From the NCBI GenBank assembly GCA_964019335.1, contig OZ025680.1, forward strand, positions 1 through 64,000: a stretch of 64,000 nt of DNA, in the 5' to 3' direction. Of this stretch, positions 1 through 8,212 are shown piece after piece; the first letter of the stretch is position 1, and each line of letters opens with the position of its first letter. The translations under genes and the position numbers were made by a program. Below the pieces are notes generated by a model. The model was not told the origin of the DNA. It saw nothing but the letters and a program-made list of their open reading frames with translations, and searched no databases. Source of the stretch: Diplonema japonicum. Lineage: Eukaryota; Protista; Euglenozoa: Diplonemea.

Positions 1-318
1 GTTTGCGGGTTTGCGGGTTTGCGGGTTTGCGGGTTTGCGGGTTTGCGGGTTTGCGGGTTTGCGGGTTTGCGGGTTTGCGGGTTTGCGGGTTTGCGGGTTT
101 GCGGGTTTGCGGGTTTGCGGGTTTGCGGGTTTGCGGGTTTGCGGGTTTGCGGGTTTGCGGGTTTGCGGGTTTGGGGTTTGCGGGTTTGCGGGTTTGCGGG
201 TTTGCGGGTTTGCGGGTTTGCGGGTTTGCGGGTTTGCGGGTTTGCGGGTTTGCGGGTTTGCGGGTTTGCGGGTTTGCGGGTTTGCGGGTTTGCGGGTTTG
301 CGGGTATGCGGGTTTGCG

Positions 319-320
<2 letters not shown>
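1..320 (+). repeat. Tandem 8-bp satellite (GGGTTTGC)n, about 40 units, running off the window edge and followed by a T-run (321-348)
   Basis: Directly visible near-perfect array with two variant units (about 171-176 and 305-308). The RVCGFAGL ORFs are artefacts of it. Confidence 0.97.
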
Positions 321-355
<35 letters not shown>

Positions 356-644
356 GGGACTTGAGAAAATAAATAAAAAGGGGGACTTGAGAATGTTTTT
401 TTTTTTTTTTTTTTTCTTCAAAAGACACACAAGGCACGATATGTCTTAAGAGAAAATAAAAATATTCCAAAACAGACAATCAAGTTCCAACCTGGGAGGA
501 AGGCATGGGTTTCTCTTTTTCTTTATGGGAGGGAGAGGGGAAGAAGAAGAAGCTCCTCCAAATGATAAAAATTCAAAAATAAAAATCTCAAAAAAGGCTT
601 AAAAGAAGAAGAGGCAAATTCAAAAACATACTAGGGAGGAATGA

Positions 645-882
645 GTGGGGCAGGGGGTAAAATTTAGGAGGGGGAAAGAGGGAGAATCAAAAAAGGGGAA
701 AGGGGCAGAGTGACCAATGTCCATGCGAAAAAGCATAGAGCGGGGGAAGAAGAAAATCAAAAACAGGAAAAACACATCACCACAAAAGAAAAAATTGCGG
801 GTTTGCGGGTTTGCGGGTTTGCGGGTTTGCGGGTGGGGCAGGGGGTAATATTTAGGAGGGGGAAAGAGGGAGAATCAAAAAA
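645..882 (+). repeat. ~50-bp direct repeat (645-694 and 833-882), with a short (GGGTTTGC)5 array at 795-834
   Basis: gtggggcagggggtaa(a/t)atttaggagggggaaagagggagaatcaaaaaa occurs twice. Confidence 0.9.
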
Positions 883-967
883 GAAACCGCTACAGAAAGG
901 GGAAAGGTGCAGGAAGACGAAGAGGACGAGAGGGCGTCTCACAAAGACTCTCTTTAATTCATATATC
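881..967 (+). mobile_element. Tiny 3'-terminal fragment of the LINE family seen at 10450-11070, in opposite orientation
   Basis: gaaaccgct...aggtgcagg...gtctcacaaagact..tttaa.tcatatat matches the reverse complement of about 10450-10540. Confidence 0.7.
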
Positions 968-2125
968 TTTTATTTTCCTTTTTATTTTTCTTTTCTTTAT
1001 TTTCTTTCTCCCAACCCAACCCCCCCCGAAAAAAAAAGAAAAGAAAAGAAAAGATTCATTCCTCCCTAGTTTATTATATTTTGCATCAGGTTCGCCGAGA
1101 AAATAAAAGGAAAAACACAGAAAGAGAACGGCAACCAAATTTTAAATTTTTATTTTATCATCAAAGGAGGTTTGAAAAAGAGAAAAATTAAAGAGAAGAA
1201 AGAGACCTTTTTCTCCTCTATCGATAAGTGATTCACGAACTCGAATCTTTATCACCACTTATTTGTGCATGCCAGATTTTTTTTTTTTCTCCCGCCTTGT
1301 TAAAGAAGTTTTAATTTACAAATAAAAAAAAAAAAAGTGAAAAGAGGAGTAGAAGACGATCCGGTGGGGGGCATGGGAACCATAAACCGTGTCTTCCATC
1401 GCGATCGGCAAGGCGGGGGCTTTTCCGTCCCATGGGTGAAAAGAGGCGGATAAAACCACTATTCCGGACCCCCCCCCAACACTGAGCATGCACTTTTTCC
1501 CCCATACATACCTCTCTTGTTTATCAAAATATCACCACTTTTACGGCGGACGCCAAGAAAAAAAAAAGCCAAGGAGAAGGAGTTTAGGGAAATAACAAAA
1601 GACCTACGGCCCCAAGGAAGGCGGTGAAACAGCCATGGTGGGCCAGCCCTGGCAGACAGGGAGCCTGAACACCAAGAACACCGCGGAGCCAAATTTGTAT
1701 CCGGAATTTTCGGTTTTCAAACTTACAAAAACCCCCTGTAGGCATCTGCGTCCGTCCAGCCCCATTTTGGCACCCCTTTTGGGTGCGAAAAAAAAAAAAA
1801 AAAAAAAAAATATGATGGGACGAGAAATATGTTGGCTACGACCCACCAAGAAAAAAAAAAGAATTCGCTTTAAAAAAGAGGTTTGAAAGGAAGTCAAAGG
1901 TCCAAAGGTTCTTTCGGCTTTTTTCATTTTGAAAAGAGGTGTTCAGGGAAGGGACAAGTGTCATCACCTTACGCACCCTGCTCTTCCTAGCCGCTTTGGT
2001 CAGAAACATTTACCACAAATGGGACACAAAAATAATTCAATAATAAAAAAGTAGTAATCAAAAAGATTTTAAAATAAGAGAGAATCCCTCCTTTTTCTCA
2101 CATAGTATATATATTTGTGTGTAGC

Positions 2126-3605
2126 CTAGTTGCTGATCTTCACGCACTCGTAGTGGCAAACAGACAGGCACCTGGCCCACCACTGGTTCTGCTGGTAGCA
2201 CGACAGCCCAGCCTCGCAACAGTTAGGGTCACAGCTGGCGTTCGAGGTGGGGACTGGTGTGGAGGCAGCGGGCTGAGGAGTGGGAGCGGGGGTAGGCATC
2301 GGAGTAGGGGCAGGGGTAGGAGCAAGAGTGCGGGCAGTTGTGGGCACCGGGGTGGAGGCGATGGTGGTGGGCACAGGGGTCGGCATCGGAGTAGGCATCG
2401 GGGTGGAGGCAGGAGGGGGGTTGTTCCCGTGGCTGCACCCCCTGGAAGGAGTGACGGTGGCGGAGACTGCCTGGGACCAGGCCCCGTTCCCGTCGTGGGC
2501 GGCAACCCAGAAGAAGGCCCCCCCGTTGCAGGCGTACCTTGTTCAGGTCCTCCATCACGCTGATGGCCTGCTGCGCGTTGCTGTTGGAGCCGGTACCCCC
2601 GCAGTCGCTGATGCAGAAGCCGAAGACCACCTTCGTGGGGTCGTTCCCGAAGCAGTCCGTCACAAGAGTCTTGTAGTGCGCCAGGGCGGACTCGTGTACC
2701 CCGCCGTTGATCCCGTCCGAGTTGGGGCGCGTCACCCCGTTGTAGTACTGCGGCATGTGAAGTCCATGGAGCTCGCCACCTCCTTGATGACGTTGTAGTA
2801 GCCGGTCCCCTGCTTCATGTCGATGTCCATCGGGGCGTGCGAGACCTCGCTCCCGGAGGGGAGGCTCTGCCTCAGCCCGACCGTCACGTCCCTCAGGAAC
2901 TTCTGCGCCTGCGCCCCCTTCGCGAAGGGGGACCCCCTCTGCCCGTTCTCGTAGTAGTACTCGTAGTCGATGTCCACCCCGTCGAAGTTCTGGTCCCTCG
3001 CGATCTCCACCAGCTGCTGGATCACGAAGTCCTCCTTCCCGTAGCAGTACTCCCAGCAGTCGTCCAGCCCGTCCCAAGAGCCCCCCATCCCGGCGCCCCC
3101 GAAGGACAGATTACCTTCTTCCCCGCTGCCCTCCATTTCTGCACGAGCGCCGGCTGCGGGGCGTTTCCACACACCGGCACGGGCGACGAGATCTGGCACT
3201 GCTGGTTGCAGGTGTTCTTCCCGGGGTTCCACGTGTAGGTCACCGCGAACGACACGAGCACGTGCGTGTAGGCGTTCATCTGCGCATCTGTGGGGCACGC
3301 CTGCCAGTTCCCGACGTAGGCGATCATCCTGCTGTCCTCCTCCGCCTGCGCCGACGGCCCGGGCGGAGGGGTCGGGGGCGTCGGCGTCGGAGGGGCGCCG
3401 GCACCGTGCCCCCCATCGACGGGCACCATGTCGCCTGGTTCGACGTGCACACGCTCGCGCTGCCCCCGCCAGGGTAGCACGGCTCTGCCCACCCGGATTT
3501 GTAGCAAGGCTCGTTCCCGTTGATGCAGCGTTGGCAGTCTGCCACTGACTGCCCAGCCGCCCCTGCCGCAAGCAGCATCAACCCAAGCATCTTTAGTGTC
3601 TTCAT
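2126..3605 (-). pseudogene. Secreted GH18 chitinase with a Cys-rich N-terminus, Pro/Thr linkers and a C-terminal CBM1-like module; four frameshifts (pseudogene or sequencing error)
   Basis: Signal peptide MKTLKMLGLMLLAAGAAG, KVI/LSFGG, catalytic FDGVDIDYE (DxxDxDxE), MPQYYN, GGAFFW and CCEAGLSCYQQNQWWARCL. Frame changes occur near 3393, 3110, 2757 and 2537. Confidence 0.85.
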
Positions 3606-3835
3606 TATTATTTTCTTTTTTGTGTGTATAAAAAACCTGTTAGTGGTGGCGGGGGATTCAAACAACCATGAACAAAAAAAAAAAGAAAAAAAAATGGGAG
3701 GAATTTTCTTTTTTTTCCATATTTTTTCTTTCCACCCTGAATTTCTACGATACGAAAGTAAAGGAAAGAATAAAAAAAAAATGGGGCTTTGGTTGCAACA
3801 CTATTTGGCGTTAAGTGTGCAGCGTGGTGGGGGGT

Positions 3836-6800
3836 CTATCTTGTGTTGTTACCCTTCTGCGTCGCTGCATTTTTATCGGCAGATGGGGTGGGGATACTTC
3901 GGGTAGGTTCGAGGTAGGTCGGCACGAACTTGTCGCTCCAGTCGTCTCTCCCCGGTGAACCGGTTGCGAGTCGCTGTTCGAGGATGAAGCGCACCTTGTC
4001 GTACGATGCGAATGTGGGTCTGCAGGTATACCCTCGGATCCGTTTGTTTGCACCAATGGATCGGAGGGAGGATGTCAAGAAAGGTTTCCCGGGGATAGGA
4101 GGGGGTCGTGCTTTCTTTTCGGCCACCTCTGACAGTTTTGTCAGAACTTTAGCTAGCCGGTTTGCACGCTTACGTACGTCAGCCGTATCTTCCAAGATGA
4201 GCTGTTTGGTCGTGGCCTCAAAGTCGAGTGCGAGCTCTATCCTTGAGACTGAACCATGTGGGCTCCACTGCAGCATGCGAAGCCATTTGAGCACTTCTGG
4301 GACAATCGTATCCCCTTGGAAGTGTTTCAGTCCGTTGTTCTTGTACCAATCCAGGCTTGGCACCGAGCACCCTCTTCCAACCAGCGGTCTGTTCCAAGGG
4401 AACCTTTCTACCGCGGCCTTCTTCGTTTCCTGCTTCGCGCTCACTCTCCTGATGATCGCAAGCAGCATCTGTTGTATTACCTCTGGCCGTTCCGTCTTAC
4501 ATTCCAGAGGGATGATGCCGTGTAGTGCAAGGCAGCGTGTGATCCCCTCTTGCCTGTATGCATGCATTGCAGGGGCGAACTCAGGTGCACCGCGTACCTC
4601 TTCGTGTGCCTTGCATTTCCAGAACGTGTGTATGGTGTACTCGTCTTGCGTGGTGAAGAGCGCCTCACACCCAATACATTGTACCTCTGGTTCGACGATC
4701 GGGTAGCTGCGGAACATGGCACCCGTGATCATCCTCAAGCCAAGTCGTTCCTCTTGCACGGACCTGGCACTCTTCCACACCTCGTTAGTGCGGACTTCGT
4801 CAATTGCGCGGCCGACACCAATAAAGGAGGGTCTGCCTTTGGCAACTGCGTTCCTTCTGATCGCTTTCGTCACTCGCCGTATCTCATGACCTCTGGCAGC
4901 TTTATGCACGCCCAAGAGGGCCCTGGCCCAAGGCCATCCGAGCTTGGCTGGTTCCAGAAGACGCAGGAGTGTTCCTATGGGACCAGCGGACCTCATATTC
5001 TTCGTGTACTTCTTCCGGATCTTTCTTGCACGCTTTCGTATTCTTCGATTTTCCGCTAGCCTCAGGACGGTGCCCGCCGTCTTGTAGGCAAAGGCAGCAA
5101 GAGGGTCGTGTGTGTGGCCCGGTAGTGCGATGTTCAAGAGCGCGCCCGATGAGCGCGTGGTGTTGTACGGACCCCACAGACAATCTGTTACAGCGATCCT
5201 AAGGGCGTCGATCTTCGCGTTTGACGGTGGGGCATATGGCGCACCGTATAAGGCAGCGGGTAGAATAGATTGGCTCACGATGAGGGCTTTCTTTGTAAAG
5301 GGTAGTTGTAACGCGGCCAGTCTCTTGGCTGTCTCGACCGCTTTCTCCACCCTCTTGTTGTCAGCCCTACCTTTCCTTTCCATTGACAGAGTGACTCCAA
5401 GGATCTTCACCTTCTTCTTCGTAGCAAACGTAAATCCACCCTGTCGTAGAGTTGACGTATACTTCTTCACGGTGCTGAAAGCAAGCGTCTTCTCGTGGTT
5501 CAGAGCCATCCCTGTGATTTTACAGAACTCGGATACTCTATCAACAGCTCGCTGTACGTGTCGTTCTGACTTCCTGCTGTACATCGTCACATCATCGGCG
5601 TATGAGGTAGTTTTTGCCTTCGTCAAGTGTCCGATTTCTTTGACCATGATCGACAGCAGTGCGTTGATCAGAACGGCCGACAGCGGGCACCCCTGGAGGA
5701 TTCCATTGTCCACGTGTAGCACCTCGCCTACCCCAAGCGGTAGTTTTAGTCGGCGTTGCAGATTCTCATACACGTATCGCATCGGACGGGTGATGGATAC
5801 GCTCAGGCCAAGGTCCTCTACTAACGAAAGGGCAATCTCCTGCGGAACTCGATCAAAGCACTTTTGGAAGTCCAGCGCTAAGCCATACAGTGGCCTCCCA
5901 CCTAGGAGTGCATCCTCTACCATTGTCGATATGTCCATGAGGACATGGTCAGCTCCGTGTTTGGGCCTGAAGCCGTGCATGGTGGGATCGATCCATTTCT
6001 CCTGCCATTCGAGAACATGTTTGAGTCGGACACAGGCCCACAGGCGGTAAATCACACTGGTGACGGTGATCGGTCGATGGTCAAGCGGTTGGCCTGTACC
6101 ATTTTTCGGGAGCATCGAGATCAACGCAGTCATCACAGTGTCGGGCCAACGACCCTGTAGCTCAATAGCATTGAAAAGGTCCGCGAATGAGCCAAGAACA
6201 TCGTCCGGCAGACAATGGAGCTCAGCAAAGCGCCACCCGTCAACAGCACACGCAGTCTTCTTCTTCGTTCTCGCGAGGACTACGCGCAAGTCCTGCACCG
6301 TAATCAGAGGACATGTCATTTCGGTGCGTTTGATGAACTGTCCGTAGGTCGCTTTGAATTTCTTGTACGACGGCTTGGTCTCTCCGTTTCCGAAGAGGCA
6401 GAAAACTTTCGCCCAATGCTGCTCCAAGGTCCTCAACATTTCGACTGCGTTAGCGGTGATCTGCCCACTGTCGCGCCGTACGGTTTGCGTGGTCTTCGTT
6501 TCTTGTTCCACCGTACCATCCTTTAAAAATGCCGTCACACGTTTACGGTCCGTGCCAAACTCTTCCGCAGTCCACCTCGCGTACTCCTTGTTCCGGTGTC
6601 TCTTGTTGCGGCTGATTATCTCAGCGTTCGACTTCGCAGCCCTACCCCTAAGCTCAGCCATCGCCGTGTAAATCTCGTCGTTACAAGACCAATCTTGGGG
6701 GTCGGGTCTCTCAGTCCATAGCTTCAGACGCACTGCAGTGGTGTACACGTTACGTATCTGTGCCCTCATCTCGTGCGACATGCATCCTATCGCGGGTGTT

Positions 6801-8212
6801 TCTTCCATTCGTCGGATCAATGATTTAATCTTCCGCTTAAGGATCGCGACTTGGTTCTCTTTGCAGGTCGCTGCCCCACACCCTTCATGATTCGACGGTG
6901 CGGAAATCTCCCGAAGCACCGGTTGCCGCAAGTCTCCTCGCCCCCGCTGTGTGAGATCGGCTCCTAGGAGGTCCTCAACAGCGACGGCTAGGTATCGAAT
7001 GGCCGAGTTCAGGTTAGTCAGCAGGGTAGTGTTGAAGATTCTGCGGTCGAACAAGCCAGGCGTTCCCGTGATGACGGTGTTCGGACATTTGAGCTGTCTG
7101 GGTACCTTGTACATGGGTACAAGTTGCCGCATGGCTGGTAACTTCAGCGTCACAGTTAGCGCTCGATGCGACGGCACGCCTATGTCTTCAGTAACACAGG
7201 ACACAAGCGCTGCAGCAGCTATGGGGTTCATCAGGATGTAGTCGGGTCTTGTGGCTGCAACGGCAGTAACGTAGGTGGGGCTTGGGTCCCTCCCTTGATG
7301 TTTTGCAAACATCGCGGATGCGTCCACCCAGTGCGTGTTAAGCGCATGTTGCAATGTAGGAGATGCATCGATTGTAGTGTTCATATCTCCAACTACAATG
7401 ATCGGGACCTGGCCTAGCGATATCCGCAATCGGTTTAGGATATTGCAAAGTAAGGTTTCGCGAGCAGCGACTCCAGCCTTCGACTTATCAACATCGGCGT
7501 ACAGGTTAACTACGTGTAACCACCTGTTGCCTTCACCCATCGCGTACATTACATGTTGGAATCTCGTCTGCTGTCCAACATCCGGGAGGACATGCTGTTC
7601 TATGCAGGTGCCGGGAATACGGTATAATGTGGCGACGCCTCCCCTCTCCGCTAAGGTTGGGGATTCAACACCGTCCAGCATCAGTCCACGTTGCGGTTTC
7701 CCAAATATGACACGCCTCTGCGTCATACCCGGATCCCCCTTCATTGTTGTAGCCACTTGGAATTGTGTCGTAGCCGTCAGCGCCGTCTCCTGAACACACA
7801 GGATATTGGCTGTTACCTTCTTGAGGATGTGGAATGTGTTGTTCCACGAAGTAACGTTAACCGATGTTATCGTCACTGTGTCGCACGTTTTCGCATCACC
7901 TATCGATGTCAAGGGCGGACGCGGAACACTACCTTTCGTGCCTTGAGGTTCTCCCGCTGGAACGTAGAAGTCCTTCCATAATCCTGTCGTCTTCACCTTG
8001 AGGGATATCTTCTTGCATGGCGGGCCAGGGTTGGGGTGCACATCACCATCAGCTAACAGCCTGAGGAGTGCCTCCATCGCGATGTTTGAATATGCATGTT
8101 TTTGGTTGCATATTCGGGGAAGGGAGAAGTAGGGGCTCATGCTAAACACTGAAGGGGGGTAGCAGAGCAGGGGAACACTGATTGGGAGGAAGATCATGAT
8201 ACGGGTCCTCAT
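3836..8212 (-). CDS. LINE ORF2: short leader, 2A-like peptide, AP endonuclease, reverse transcriptase and C-terminal zinc-finger-like region
   Basis: APE motifs SVNVTSW, LCVQET, VVNLYA, VGDMN, RPDYIL and SH. RT motifs HRPITV, GFRP, LDFQKCFD, QGCPLS and YADD. CxxC...HTFWKC near the C-terminus. The start is placed at the ATG overlapping the ORF1 stop, although the frame is open up to 9160. Confidence 0.93.
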   Translation of the reverse strand: MRTRIMIFLPISVPLLCYPPSVFSMSPYFSLPRICNQKHAYSNIAMEALLRLLADGDVHPNPGPPCKKISLKVKTTGLWKDFYVPAGEPQGTKGSVPRPPLTSIGDAKTCDTVTITSVNVTSWNNTFHILKKVTANILCVQETALTATTQFQVATTMKGDPGMTQRRVIFGKPQRGLMLDGVESPTLAERGGVATLYRIPGTCIEQHVLPDVGQQTRFQHVMYAMGEGNRWLHVVNLYADVDKSKAGVAARETLLCNILNRLRISLGQVPIIVVGDMNTTIDASPTLQHALNTHWVDASAMFAKHQGRDPSPTYVTAVAATRPDYILMNPIAAAALVSCVTEDIGVPSHRALTVTLKLPAMRQLVPMYKVPRQLKCPNTVITGTPGLFDRRIFNTTLLTNLNSAIRYLAVAVEDLLGADLTQRGRGDLRQPVLREISAPSNHEGCGAATCKENQVAILKRKIKSLIRRMEETPAIGCMSHEMRAQIRNVYTTAVRLKLWTERPDPQDWSCNDEIYTAMAELRGRAAKSNAEIISRNKRHRNKEYARWTAEEFGTDRKRVTAFLKDGTVEQETKTTQTVRRDSGQITANAVEMLRTLEQHWAKVFCLFGNGETKPSYKKFKATYGQFIKRTEMTCPLITVQDLRVVLARTKKKTACAVDGWRFAELHCLPDDVLGSFADLFNAIELQGRWPDTVMTALISMLPKNGTGQPLDHRPITVTSVIYRLWACVRLKHVLEWQEKWIDPTMHGFRPKHGADHVLMDISTMVEDALLGGRPLYGLALDFQKCFDRVPQEIALSLVEDLGLSVSITRPMRYVYENLQRRLKLPLGVGEVLHVDNGILQGCPLSAVLINALLSIMVKEIGHLTKAKTTSYADDVTMYSRKSERHVQRAVDRVSEFCKITGMALNHEKTLAFSTVKKYTSTLRQGGFTFATKKKVKILGVTLSMERKGRADNKRVEKAVETAKRLAALQLPFTKKALIVSQSILPAALYGAPYAPPSNAKIDALRIAVTDCLWGPYNTTRSSGALLNIALPGHTHDPLAAFAYKTAGTVLRLAENRRIRKRARKIRKKYTKNMRSAGPIGTLLRLLEPAKLGWPWARALLGVHKAARGHEIRRVTKAIRRNAVAKGRPSFIGVGRAIDEVRTNEVWKSARSVQEERLGLRMITGAMFRSYPIVEPEVQCIGCEALFTTQDEYTIHTFWKCKAHEEVRGAPEFAPAMHAYRQEGITRCLALHGIIPLECKTERPEVIQQMLLAIIRRVSAKQETKKAAVERFPWNRPLVGRGCSVPSLDWYKNNGLKHFQGDTIVPEVLKWLRMLQWSPHGSVSRIELALDFEATTKQLILEDTADVRKRANRLAKVLTKLSEVAEKKARPPPIPGKPFLTSSLRSIGANKRIRGYTCRPTFASYDKVRFILEQRLATGSPGRDDWSDKFVPTYLEPTRSIPTPSADKNAATQKGNNTR
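8021..8077 (-). other. 2A-like (StopGo) ribosome-skipping motif MEALLRLLADGDVHPNPG/P
   Basis: Resembles the helical leader plus GD(V/I)ExNPGP consensus, with H in place of E, and lies upstream of the APE domain. Confidence 0.8.

Noticed and set aside
1-372. ORFs of repeating RVCGFAGL, and the idea that this is a telomere
   Set aside because: The ORFs are translation artefacts of an 8-bp repeat. A left telomere would be C-rich on the plus strand, and the motif also occurs internally.
1300-1930. Short ORFs in the GC-richer patches left of the chitinase
   Set aside because: No recognisable motifs, and they are interrupted by homopolymer runs. They may be degenerate or low-quality sequence.
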